Source: Verrucomicrobiota bacterium
GTDB lineage: Bacteria; Verrucomicrobiota; Verrucomicrobiia; Verrucomicrobiales; V1-33
NCBI GenBank assembly: GCA_031429155.1
Contig: JANOZA010000625.1
Coordinates: forward strand, 1-46,492
Length of the DNA: 46,492 nt
Direction: 5' to 3'
The notes beneath the pieces are model-generated. The model searched no databases. It saw only the letters and a program-made list of their open reading frames with translations, and was not told the origin of the DNA. The number at the start of each line of letters is the position of its first letter. The first letter of the stretch is position 1. The translations under genes were made by a program, and so were the position numbers. Below, piece by piece: positions 1 to 9,166 of the stretch.

Positions 1-400
1 CCGTGCAGAGGGTGAGGTCAAGTGTCTGCAAACCCGCGGGCAGGTGGTCCACGGCAGTGAGGCCCTCGCAGCTCTCGAGGTTAAGTTTCTGCAAGCCTTT
101 AGGCAGACGATCCACGGTGGTGAGGCCAGTGCAGTAGCTGAGGTTTATTTCCTGCAAGCCCCCGGGCAGGTGCTCCACGGCGGTGAGGCCCTTGCAGAAG
201 GAGAGGTCAAGTGTCTGCAAACCCGCGGGCAGGTGGTCCACGGCGGTGAGGTCCGGGGAGCCGAAGAGGGTAAGATACCTCAAGCCCTTGGGCAGGTGCT
301 CTACGGCGGTGAAGCCCGTGCAGAAGGAGAGCTCAAGTGTCTGCAAGTCCTCGGGCAGGTGCTCCAGGGCGGTGAGTCTCGTGCAGGTGTTGAGGCGAAG
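1..400. repeat. Tandem 63-bp coding repeats (21-aa LRR units), at least 6 copies
   Basis: The period is 63 bp. The 42-mer gaggtcaagtgtctgcaaacccgcgggcaggtggtccacggc occurs identically starting at 14 and at 203, an offset of 189 = 3 x 63. Confidence 0.85.
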
Positions 401-646
401 GCTGCGAGGATTTACATACCGCAGCAAAAGAGAGACATCGTCGGGATCATGGATGACTTTTCCGCCGTCTGTTGGCCTCAATAAGGCTCGAGTGTCCGGG
501 TACCAAAGCCAGCCGGACTCTTTCAGCCGGGCGAGGGCGCGCTTTTCCTGGACAATGGGATAGAGAAAGTATGCCGTCACCGCGAGGACGGCGGCGATGA
601 GGGCGATCCAGGCGCGGCGAGGAGGGGAAGTGTTATTCTTTTTCAT
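1..646 (-). CDS. Leucine-rich repeat protein with an N-terminal membrane anchor. The gene is partial because its 3' end runs off the window.
   Basis: It is absent from the ORF track because no stop codon lies in the window. The reverse complement from the ATG at 646-644 reads MKKNNTSPPRRAWIALIAAVLAVTAYFLYPIV (hydrophobic anchor). At least 6 tandem 21-aa units of the form LxLxxCxGLTAVxHLPxGLQx follow. The + strand ORFs 44..484 and 183..563 are its antisense shadows. Confidence 0.75.
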   Translation of the reverse strand, partial: MKKNNTSPPRRAWIALIAAVLAVTAYFLYPIVQEKRALARLKESGWLWYPDTRALLRPTDGGKVIHDPDDVSLLLRYVNPRSLRLNTCTRLTALEHLPEDLQTLELSFCTGFTAVEHLPKGLRYLTLFGSPDLTAVDHLPAGLQTLDLSFCKGLTAVEHLPGGLQEINLSYCTGLTTVDRLPKGLQKLNLESCEGLTAVDHLPAGLQTLDLTLCT

Positions 647-874
647 GCGCAGGAGGCCGGGCCGGTGAGAAAGGGCCGGGAGTGCGGGGGATATAGCAAA
701 AGTGCGGCGGGTGGTAAAGAAATGATTTGGGTGGCGGGGGGCGTGGCGGGGAGGAGGAATTTCGGGTTTGCGGGAGGCGGTGGTTGTGTTCCTGGTGGGG
801 CGGGGAGGATGAAGGCGAAGGGGCGGCGCACGGGGCGTTGCTTTGTGGCTTTCGGCTCCCGATGCTTTTTTGCC

Positions 875-2050
875 ATGTCGAGTCACTGCCAGTTCTATCA
901 TCATCGCGCGCCATTCACCACGCGGGGCGGGGAGGTGCTGCCGGAGTTCACGCTGGCGTATGAAACCTACGGAAGGATGAGGGCGGATGGCTCGAATGTG
1001 GTGCTGCTGTTTCATGCGCTGAGCGGAAGTCAGCACGCGGCGGGGAGTTGTGAGGCGGTGGAGGGGACGGAGGGGCGGTGGACGGAGGATTGTCAGGCCG
1101 GGTGGTGGAGTGACTTCATCGGGCCGGGCCGGGCGCTGGATACGAACAAGTGGTTTGTGGTGTGTGCGAACTTTCTGGGCGGTTGTTATGGGACGACGGG
1201 GCCGGCGTCGGTGAATCCGGTGACGGGGGCGCGCTATGGCTCGTCTTTTCCCCACGTGAGCATCCGCGATGTGGTGGAAAGTCAGCGTCTGCTGCTGGAG
1301 CATCTGGGCATTGTGAATATCCATGCCGTGGTGGGGGTGAGTACGGGCGGACTGATGGCGATCAATTTCGCCACGGTGTATCCTGACAGGGTGAAGGTGG
1401 TGATCCCCATCGCCACGGGCGGGCGGACGACGGTGCTGAACCGGCTGATTATCTTTGAGCAAATCCTCGCGATCGAGAACGATCCGAACTTTAACGGCGG
1501 GGACTACTATGACGGCCCGCCACCGACGTATGGTCTGGCGCTGGCGCGGATGATTTCGCACAAGTCATTCGTTCACCTTGATGAGATCGAGAAGCGGGCG
1601 CGCGGGGACGTGAAGCAGCCGGAGGAGGGCCTGCGCTGGTACCGCCTGCGGGACAGCATCGAGAGCTACATGCTGCACCAGGGGACGAAGTTTGTGAAGC
1701 GGTTCGACGCCAATACCTATCTGCGCATCTGTGAGATGTGGAGCGCTTTCGACCCGGTGAAGGAGGCTGATGCCGCAGACTGGTCCGCGCTATTATCCCC
1801 CTGCAAGGCCGCCGGGCAGCGCTGGCTGATCTTTAGTATAGACAGCGACTTTTGTTTTTACCCTGAAGAGCAGGCAGCGCTCGTGTCTCACCTGCGCGAC
1901 GGCGACGTGGACGTGATGCACATCACCGTGCATTCGCTCAAGGGGCACGATTCCTTTTTGCTGGAGCCGCTGCTCTACACGCCGCACCTCGTCTATGCCC
2001 TGGATGCCGCACAGCCGCGCCATGAGGAGCGCGCGGACCCGGGGATTTGA
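875..2050 (+). CDS. metX: Homoserine O-acetyltransferase (MetX/MetXA, alpha/beta hydrolase)
   Basis: This is the in-frame part of ORF 665..2050. Recognisable MetX blocks are FTLAYETYGRMRADGSNVVLLFHALSGSQHAAG and WWSDFIGPGRALDTNKWFVVCANFLGGCYGTTGP, plus the nucleophile elbow GVSTGG. The first 70 codons of the tracked ORF are Gly/Arg-rich, so I chose the ATG at 875 (MSSHCQFYHH...) as the start. Confidence 0.9.
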   Translation: MSSHCQFYHHRAPFTTRGGEVLPEFTLAYETYGRMRADGSNVVLLFHALSGSQHAAGSCEAVEGTEGRWTEDCQAGWWSDFIGPGRALDTNKWFVVCANFLGGCYGTTGPASVNPVTGARYGSSFPHVSIRDVVESQRLLLEHLGIVNIHAVVGVSTGGLMAINFATVYPDRVKVVIPIATGGRTTVLNRLIIFEQILAIENDPNFNGGDYYDGPPPTYGLALARMISHKSFVHLDEIEKRARGDVKQPEEGLRWYRLRDSIESYMLHQGTKFVKRFDANTYLRICEMWSAFDPVKEADAADWSALLSPCKAAGQRWLIFSIDSDFCFYPEEQAALVSHLRDGDVDVMHITVHSLKGHDSFLLEPLLYTPHLVYALDAAQPRHEERADPGI

Positions 2051-2269
2051 GGGCCGGTTGCGAGGGGCGAAGTTATGGGAATTATCAGGCCGGCGGAAGC
2101 AAATGCACTTGCCGCCGACGGGCCTTCAACCTATGACGCGCCCCGCAGAAATCCGATTCGCTTCACTGGCCATTCATCCGGTAAATGCTATTCGGTCCCA
2201 GCAAATGTAAATAAATGTCCGCTTCCTGCGGATTCTCAGCTCCCTCAAATCGCTCCAAAATAGAACTCC

Positions 2270-5200
2270 ATGAAAACAAACCCACTCAAACTCAGTCTTC
2301 TCGCCGCCCTCGCGGCCATGCCCCCGGTTTCGGTGCTGCATGCGGCCGTCAATATCAGTAATCCCGGAGTGCCCGATCCGTTTGCCGCCGTCCCGGCGGT
2401 AGCGGACTGGAGCACGCTAAACGTTGCCGGCACCGCTCCGGCAAACGCGGCTGCCCTCGACGCCGCGGTGAATGCGAATGCGAACGCCACCGCGACCGGT
2501 GTGAATGGCGCCCTCGCGACCGACGACACCCCCATACCTGCCGCCAACGGCGTGGCCCGCTGGAACAGTGCCGGAATGTTCCTGCAAACCCGTCCGACAG
2601 GAAATGCCTACACCCTGCTCATGGCGACCCTCGTCAATAGCACGGGCGGCGCCATTCCCACCGTGAAGCTTACCTATGACTACGCCAAGGCCACGAATAC
2701 GGCATCGGAGGTGATCAAGGGCCACCGTGCTTATTACAGCACCACTGGCCTCGCCGGTTCGTGGACGCTGATTTCGAATTTGAGTGTGGACACCACGGGC
2801 ACGATCGCCGCGCCGCAGACGATTTCCGCTCAGTTCCGTCCCGCGGCACCCCTCGCCGCCGGAGCCACAGTTTACGTGCTCTGGGCGGACCAGAATTCCA
2901 GCGGCACCGACGCCTCCTACCACATTGATAATTTCGCCGCTAATCCTGGCACTGACTGCACGGTCACCGGGAGCACGATCACCCCGGTGCGCCTGCCCGG
3001 TGTTGATCCGGCCGACCCGTCGGATGATTTCGTCACCTTTTCGACGACCATCACCGGCGCCGGCGCCGACCTCGGACCCGGGTGGACGATCGTGACCGGC
3101 CCGGACTCCGGGACCAACGGCAACTACGGCGACCCGAAGAGCTACAACGTCCCGATCGCTGATTTCACCGCCGGTCCCATCACGCTGAAATTCGCCGACC
3201 GGGCCAACGCCGACTGCACCTACGAGACGGTGGTCGCGGCTCCACCGTTCACCTACATCGTCAGCCCCACGAACAGCCCGGTCATCACGTTTGGTCCGGC
3301 GGCCGTCGGTGACGGAGCCTACACCCCGCCGGCCACGACCCTCGCAGAACCTGGATGGTCCGGCGGCACCACGGGTGCGGCCACCGTTTCCAACGTCCAG
3401 GTTCAGCCACTGCCGTCGACACAGACGCTGAAGTACTTCCATCTCACCAACGGTAACGTCTCGCTCACCACGAGTGCCGTTGATGTCAACGCGGTCAAAG
3501 GAGCGCTCCTCGAAGGCAGCATTGATTTCGCGTTCTACTCAACGAGCACCAGCGGCCTCGACAACCCCGCGGACGTGCTGAACAGCCGCCTCGAAGTCGC
3601 CCTCGACGGTGACTTCGCGAACACCGCCGCCGGCAACATCCTCACGGTCAATATTCAGGATGTGCCCGCCGGCTCGGCCACCGCCTTCGGTGCCGCCGTC
3701 GCAGTCGGGAATCCCTATATCAATCTCGCTGCGCCTCCCGCGGTCGCTCCGGCCGTTTCCTTCCCGTCCACGGACTTCACTTTCCACCCCCGCTCGGCCG
3801 GCATGCTGATCCCGTCCGACGCTGCCAACCCGCGCGCCCGGATCATCGTTCAGAGCATCGCCGGCATCACGGGTACGGAGCATCTCCTCGTGGACAACAT
3901 TAAGTTCGCGGCGAACACGAACCCCTCGCTGAGCGCGGTCGCCGTGACCCCGGCCACATGGGCGAACGGCGGCACCGTCGAAACAGCGGATGACTTCTTC
4001 TCGGTCCCCGTGAACATCAGCGGATTCAATCTCGGCGCCAGCTCCGGATGGACGAGCAATTCGACCCCGGCCACAGGACTCTACGCCACCGCGAACCCCG
4101 TGACCTTCGGTCCCTTCCCGGGCCGCACTCCGGTTCCGATGCAATTGACCGACATCGGCAACCCGTTGATCCAATCCGGCTCGATCACGCTTTCGCCGCC
4201 CGCCGCCACGCTCACGGCAACACTCGTCGCCGGATCAATTGTCCGCCACGAGAACGGTGCCGGAGAAGGAGACGACACGGTGACCTGCGCCGTCAATATT
4301 GCCGGTGCCAACGCTGGCCCGTCGTTTACCGCGAACACGGTCTTCATCCCGACCACCGTCGCAGGAGCCGGTGCCTATCCGGCCGTCGGCACGCCGGTCA
4401 CGCTGACGCTTAGTAACATCCCCAACGTCGCGACCACGGTCAACCTGATCATTGCCGACGCCAGTTATCCAGCCAATCCGGCACCGGTCACCGTCGCCAT
4501 TGCAGTACCCGTCCCGACGACTGCCGGCACGATCCTCGTTGGCAAAAAGGACTTCGGCGCCGGATTGAGCGATGTGGTCGCGTCCGGAACACCGGACCCG
4601 CTGTGGGTTCCGTTTCCGTCCTCGACCGCCTTTGTCATGACGGCCGGAGTCGCCACCGACAGCATTGTCGAATCAGAAGTCATCAACCTCGTTTCGGTGG
4701 GTGATGTCGCCTTCAGCGGTAAGTTCATCGCCGCAGACATCAGCGTCGGCTCCAACTTCGAACCGACCGACCGTTTCAAAGCGGAACTCCTCATTGACGG
4801 CGGACTCGTCCCGGAAAACATCATCAATCTGATTGATGCCCTCGACGTGGGCAATGGTGCCAATTCCACCGCGACGGCCACTAACGGCTTAAACGGGCCG
4901 AAGAACGGCTTCCTTAACGGCTACGCCGGAACCGCCGGTCTCGACCTCGTCACCAACACCAACTACACGGTGGCTGAAGATGAGTACAACGCCAACAAAA
5001 ACCGCGACGAGTTCAACACCGCAGGCGAGATCGCCGACATCATGCTCAACAACACGATCAACCTCTCGGCCACCGTGCCGGCGAATGCCAATTCGGTTCA
5101 ATTGAGAATCACGGGTACCGGTGCTGCCGGCTCCGAAGCCTTCACTGTTAAGGATGCGCTCTTCACCGGCATCTCCAGCGGCGGCGATTCCGATGGTGAT

Positions 5201-5503
5201 GGTGTGAGTGATGCCTATGAAGTCATCATGGGGACGAGCGCGAGCGACCCCAACGACGTCCTCCGGCTCACCCAAGCAGCCGGGAACCTGAACCAGTTTG
5301 GTTTCCCGACAATAGCTGGCCGCTTCTACCGCGTCTATAAATCCAGCAATAATCTCGTCTGGAATGATGCCAATCTGGGCACGTTCATTGGTGATGGGAA
5401 CACTGCCAGCTTTACGATTACGCCGACTCTCGGTCGCGAGTTCTCCCGCCTCCATGTAATGACGACAGACGGCCCCTGGCCCTCAACGGTTCCAGCTCCG
5501 TAA
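2270..5503 (+). CDS. Large secreted protein, paralogue 1. It has a signal peptide, a variable N-terminal half and a conserved C-terminal module with an Asp-rich TSP3-like Ca-binding motif.
   Basis: The ATG at 2270 opens the signal peptide MKTNPLKLSLLAALAAMPPVSVLHA. The protein is Thr/Ala/Asn/Gly-rich. The C-terminus contains TDRFKAELLIDGGLVPENIINL, GGDSDGDGVSDAYEVIMGTSASDPNDVLRL and RFYRVYKSSNNLVW, which resembles the beta-sandwich tail common in PVC secreted proteins. A hairpin terminator follows the gene. Confidence 0.8.
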   Translation: MKTNPLKLSLLAALAAMPPVSVLHAAVNISNPGVPDPFAAVPAVADWSTLNVAGTAPANAAALDAAVNANANATATGVNGALATDDTPIPAANGVARWNSAGMFLQTRPTGNAYTLLMATLVNSTGGAIPTVKLTYDYAKATNTASEVIKGHRAYYSTTGLAGSWTLISNLSVDTTGTIAAPQTISAQFRPAAPLAAGATVYVLWADQNSSGTDASYHIDNFAANPGTDCTVTGSTITPVRLPGVDPADPSDDFVTFSTTITGAGADLGPGWTIVTGPDSGTNGNYGDPKSYNVPIADFTAGPITLKFADRANADCTYETVVAAPPFTYIVSPTNSPVITFGPAAVGDGAYTPPATTLAEPGWSGGTTGAATVSNVQVQPLPSTQTLKYFHLTNGNVSLTTSAVDVNAVKGALLEGSIDFAFYSTSTSGLDNPADVLNSRLEVALDGDFANTAAGNILTVNIQDVPAGSATAFGAAVAVGNPYINLAAPPAVAPAVSFPSTDFTFHPRSAGMLIPSDAANPRARIIVQSIAGITGTEHLLVDNIKFAANTNPSLSAVAVTPATWANGGTVETADDFFSVPVNISGFNLGASSGWTSNSTPATGLYATANPVTFGPFPGRTPVPMQLTDIGNPLIQSGSITLSPPAATLTATLVAGSIVRHENGAGEGDDTVTCAVNIAGANAGPSFTANTVFIPTTVAGAGAYPAVGTPVTLTLSNIPNVATTVNLIIADASYPANPAPVTVAIAVPVPTTAGTILVGKKDFGAGLSDVVASGTPDPLWVPFPSSTAFVMTAGVATDSIVESEVINLVSVGDVAFSGKFIAADISVGSNFEPTDRFKAELLIDGGLVPENIINLIDALDVGNGANSTATATNGLNGPKNGFLNGYAGTAGLDLVTNTNYTVAEDEYNANKNRDEFNTAGEIADIMLNNTINLSATVPANANSVQLRITGTGAAGSEAFTVKDALFTGISSGGDSDGDGVSDAYEVIMGTSASDPNDVLRLTQAAGNLNQFGFPTIAGRFYRVYKSSNNLVWNDANLGTFIGDGNTASFTITPTLGREFSRLHVMTTDGPWPSTVPAP

Positions 5504-5535
5504 CCTGAGACCGACTGGTAAAACTCAAATCAGCG

Positions 5536-5569
5536 CCGGCTGCCCTCACGAGGGCAGCCGGTTTGCTTT
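5536..5569 (+). terminator. Rho-independent terminator of paralogue 1
   Basis: The stem is ccggctgccct / agggcagccgg with loop cacg, followed by tttgcttt. A near-identical element follows paralogue 2. Confidence 0.7.
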
Positions 5570-5861
5570 ACGGCGGCAAGGAATTTCAATGTTGGCCGAG
5601 GACCGTTCCCCGGTGCTTACCCATCCGGATTTTTTAATATTTACTTCCCAAACGGCAGCCTTGGAGACAACGATTGCGGTGAAGCCTGCCCACTCGCCGA
5701 CCTGAAATGCATGGCCTCCGCAATCCAAGGGTCGTCGCCTTCACCGTTCATTGATCCGAAAATTCTACCAAGCCCTTTAATATCCAGCGAACACCCCACT
5801 GTTTTCGGCGTCTCTCTGGGCTATCAACGCTTATCCTTATTTCGCTCAAAAATCGAACTCC

Positions 5862-8800
5862 ATGAAAACAAACCCACTCAAACTCAGTCTCCTCGCCGCT
5901 CTCGCGGCGATTCCCGGTCTCGTCTCCGCCGCCCCTATTCCGATCAATGGCACGGTGGTGCTCAGTCAGAACTTTGACTCGCTCCCCACCACCACCATTG
6001 CCTGGGTGAATGATTCCACCATCCCGGGCTGGTTTGTCCAAATCAACAATGGCACCCCCGCTGCCTTTACTGCCCAGGCCACCAATGGGGGTGGCGCGAC
6101 TGCTCTCAACGGACTGCTCAACTGCGGAGCCACGGGAGCCGCCGAGCGCGCTCTCGGCTCCAAAGCCACCAGCACCGGCACCAATGCCAACATCGCCTAT
6201 GCGGTGTCTTTCCACAACGCCAGCAACAAACCCGTCCAGCTCTCCAAAGTCAACTACACCGGTGAACTCTGGCGCACCAACAGCACGGCTGCCGGTGTCG
6301 CGGAAACCTTCACTGTATTCTACCAGGTTTCCCCCACCGCGATCACCGACATCATCTCCGGCCCCAATGCTGCTGTTGCTGCTGCAGGCACCAGTTTCAC
6401 AACCCTTGGTGCCGGGGCCAACTGGACTTCGCCTAAGCTGCTGCCCGCCGCCACTGCCACGGATGGCAACGATGCCGCCAACCGCACCGCAGTCAGTTTC
6501 ACCCCGGCCAGCTCGATCGTCGTTCAACCAAATCAGTTTCTGATGATCAAATGGACGGACTCCAACCTCGCCAACACCGATGGCTACCAAGCCATTGATG
6601 ACGCGTCCTTTGAGTTCACAGAATTGAACGGCTCCGTGGTTATCGCGGCCTCCGCACGCACCCGCTCGGACAGCGGCACTCCCGCGGATAACGCCGACGA
6701 CACCTTTGGCTTTACGGCGAACATTACCGGCACCGGCGACGCAAATGTCGCGTGGGGTACCACGGATGTGCAGCCGCCCGCCTCCAACGCTGCCGCCGGC
6801 CCTTATGCCACCCCCGTCGTCTGGAGCGGATTCCCCATCGCGCCGAAGACCGTCACTGTCGCGGACAGTGGCAACCCCGCCATCAATGCCAGTGTTACCG
6901 TTGACCCGCTCCGCATCATCGGCAGCAACAACCTCGTCGCCGCCGACACCCCGATCATTCAGGAGGACGCCCCCCTCACCCGCTGGACAATTGACGACAG
7001 CCTCCGCACTCTGACCCAGAACAACACGGGAACGCAGGCCGATCAGATCGTCAACTCTGCGATCGTTGATCTCTCCGCCGCCGGCTACGTCCAGTTCGTC
7101 GCGGAGCTTGATGCCATTGCTGGTACAGACACCGTTGCGAACAACACCGGCGGATTTGAACCCGTTGACCACTTCAGGCTCGATCTGATCATTGATGGAG
7201 GCGCCCCCTTCAGCGTCCTCGGCGCCGCAAACGATTTGAACGGGAACGGGACGCTTGAAGGTGCCCTCGCAGATGCCGGCACCGAACTCCCCGACGCCGG
7301 TGCAGCGCCGGTAGACACCCCCAAGGTGGTGAAGCCCTATGCCTTCAGCTACATCATCCTGGATACCGCCAACACCGTGCAGATCCGCATTACTGGCAGC
7401 AGCAATTCCGGCAATGAGACATACCTCGTCAAGAACGTGAAGCTTAATCCGCCGCCGCCAACCATCGTGGCCAGGATCGCCGGCCCCTCCGCTTTCGACA
7501 ATAAGGGCACAGTAGATCCTCTGGACGACGAGTTCACCGGCGCGGTGAACGTTTTCGGCGTGAACCTCGTGGCTGGCAGCGACGCCTGGGACAGCAACTC
7601 AACTCCCGCCACCGGCCTCTATGCGACGCCGTTGAATAACTTTGGCCCCTACCTCGTATCCGGCGGCGCCAAACTGGTCAATTTCTTCGACCGGACCACT
7701 CCGGCGCTCACCGCCTCGGTCACCGTCCCGCTCCCTGCAGCCACCACGCTGACCGCTACCGCTCCGACGAATATCCTTCGTATCGAAAACGGCTCCGGAA
7801 CCGCTGATGATACCGTCACCTTCGACGTCACCCTCACCGGCACCAACGGCGGCCCCAGTTGGACCGCCAGCGGCGCCACTCCCGGTGCCGGTGCCTTCGG
7901 CCCGGTGACATTCACCATCCCGGCCCCGCTGCCTGCCACTCCGGCCACCATCACCGTCGCCGATGTCAGCTACCCCACCGTGACGGCCGCTATCTCCGTG
8001 GCCATACCCACGCGCTATGTTATCGGCCAAAAGAATCTCGGCGCAGGGCTCCAGGACGTGCTCAGCGACATCACCACCGTGCCTGCTCCGCAGTGGGTCA
8101 ACGATGCGCCCGCCCGCACCCTTACCATGACCGCAGGTATCGACACGGACAGCGTCGTCACCAGCGATGTCATCAACCTCTCCGGTGCGGGCATCGTTTA
8201 CTTCACAGCCAACTTCAGCGCCGCCGAAATCAGTCCGAGCAGTAACTTCGAGACGACGGACCGCTTCAAAGCCGAACTGCTCATTGATGGGGGACTTGTT
8301 CCCGCCAACATCATCAATCTCGTTTCGTCCTACGATGCCGGTAACGGCGCTCCTGCTGTAGGTGCCGCCGGCGGCCCCAATGGCCCGGCGAACAGCTACA
8401 TCAACGGCTACCAGGGCATCGCCGTCACTCCGGCCTCCATCCCAGACGACTACAATGCCAACCGCGACCGCGATGAGTTCAATCCCCTGATTGGCAACCC
8501 GCTCGCCCGCCTGCTCGCCGCTGCTAGTATCGGCATTGCCCCTAATCCTCCGAATAACTTCCCTCTCAGCTACCCCATCCCTGCTGGAGCCAACAGCGTG
8601 CAGTTGAAGATATACGGAGCCGGGGCCGCCAGCTCGGAGACCTTCATCGTCTCCAATGTTCTCTTCAGCACCGCCCCGCTGTCCAGCGACACCGACGGTG
8701 ATGGCGTCAGCAACACCGACGAAGGCATCATGGGCACCGATCCAAACAACGCCGGCGACGTCCTCCGGCTCAGCCAAAACGCAGGGAACCCGAATCAACT

Positions 8801-9044
8801 CGACTTCCAAACCAAAGCCGGGCGCTTTTACCACGTCTATCAATCCGATGACACTGATGGCCAGGAAGGCACGCACCTGCAGGCCTGGAAGGATGCCGGT
8901 CTCGCCACCATCACCGGCGACGGCAACCCCGCCAGCTTCAGCATCACCGTCACCCCGGGCGAGCCCCGTCGCTTCTACACCCTGGCCGTGATGGCCACTA
9001 ACGGCCCCAACAACGACGGGATCTGGCCCCCCACGCGCCCCTGA
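5862..9044 (+). CDS. Large secreted protein, paralogue 2 of 2270..5503
   Basis: The first 16 aa (MKTNPLKLSLLAALAA) and the 5' leader (gaactccatgaaaacaaacccactcaaactcagtct) are identical to those of the upstream gene. Shared blocks are WDSNSTPATGLYAT, TDRFKAELLIDGGLVPANIINL, DYNANRDRDEFN, SDTDGDGVSNTDEGIMGTDPNNAGDVLRL and RFYHVYQS. Confidence 0.8.
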   Translation: MKTNPLKLSLLAALAAIPGLVSAAPIPINGTVVLSQNFDSLPTTTIAWVNDSTIPGWFVQINNGTPAAFTAQATNGGGATALNGLLNCGATGAAERALGSKATSTGTNANIAYAVSFHNASNKPVQLSKVNYTGELWRTNSTAAGVAETFTVFYQVSPTAITDIISGPNAAVAAAGTSFTTLGAGANWTSPKLLPAATATDGNDAANRTAVSFTPASSIVVQPNQFLMIKWTDSNLANTDGYQAIDDASFEFTELNGSVVIAASARTRSDSGTPADNADDTFGFTANITGTGDANVAWGTTDVQPPASNAAAGPYATPVVWSGFPIAPKTVTVADSGNPAINASVTVDPLRIIGSNNLVAADTPIIQEDAPLTRWTIDDSLRTLTQNNTGTQADQIVNSAIVDLSAAGYVQFVAELDAIAGTDTVANNTGGFEPVDHFRLDLIIDGGAPFSVLGAANDLNGNGTLEGALADAGTELPDAGAAPVDTPKVVKPYAFSYIILDTANTVQIRITGSSNSGNETYLVKNVKLNPPPPTIVARIAGPSAFDNKGTVDPLDDEFTGAVNVFGVNLVAGSDAWDSNSTPATGLYATPLNNFGPYLVSGGAKLVNFFDRTTPALTASVTVPLPAATTLTATAPTNILRIENGSGTADDTVTFDVTLTGTNGGPSWTASGATPGAGAFGPVTFTIPAPLPATPATITVADVSYPTVTAAISVAIPTRYVIGQKNLGAGLQDVLSDITTVPAPQWVNDAPARTLTMTAGIDTDSVVTSDVINLSGAGIVYFTANFSAAEISPSSNFETTDRFKAELLIDGGLVPANIINLVSSYDAGNGAPAVGAAGGPNGPANSYINGYQGIAVTPASIPDDYNANRDRDEFNPLIGNPLARLLAAASIGIAPNPPNNFPLSYPIPAGANSVQLKIYGAGAASSETFIVSNVLFSTAPLSSDTDGDGVSNTDEGIMGTDPNNAGDVLRLSQNAGNPNQLDFQTKAGRFYHVYQSDDTDGQEGTHLQAWKDAGLATITGDGNPASFSITVTPGEPRRFYTLAVMATNGPNNDGIWPPTRP

Positions 9045-9077
9045 TCAGGAGTCCGCGAATTAACAGCACAATCAGCG

Positions 9078-9113
9078 CCGGCTGCCCTCACAAGGGGCAG
9101 CCGGTTTGCTTTT
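9078..9113. terminator. Hairpin terminator between convergent genes, a copy of the 5536 element
   Basis: The stem is ccggctgccc / gggcagccgg, followed by tttgcttttg on the + strand. It lies between the stop at 9044 (+) and the stop at 9167 (-). Confidence 0.65.
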
Positions 9114-9166
9114 GCGCTCACAGAAGACTTCAGTGCTGGCAGAGCCCCGCGCGGGGAGGCCTCATA

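Noticed and set aside
1-420. Regular short tandem repeats considered as a possible CRISPR array
   Set aside because: The units are contiguous (63 bp, no unique spacers), in frame, and encode a canonical leucine-rich repeat. No cas genes are present in the window.
665-874. A 70-codon N-terminal extension of the metX ORF, and the G-rich tract 700-830 considered as a possible riboswitch or G-quadruplex
   Set aside because: The extension is Gly/Arg-rich and lies upstream of the conserved MetX start region. The tract does not resemble the SAM riboswitch consensus I know. The G-runs do not give four G3 tracts with short loops.
2417-3442. Long antisense or off-frame ORFs throughout the window. Examples are 2417..3442 -, 5748..7172 -, 7599..8876 -, 20250..21731 +, 22182..23444 +, 28833..29963 -, 35399..36949 +, 36106..37602 +, 38204..39679 -, 43034..44161 - and 44209..45300 +.
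   Set aside because: Each lies opposite to, or out of frame with, a gene supported by clear family motifs. Their translations are Arg/Gly/Pro/Ala-rich low-complexity strings typical of chance open frames in GC-rich DNA.
5546-5728. A 60-aa minus ORF in the spacer between the two giant paralogues
   Set aside because: It has no motif and overlaps the terminator hairpin. The spacer more plausibly holds the promoter of the second paralogue.
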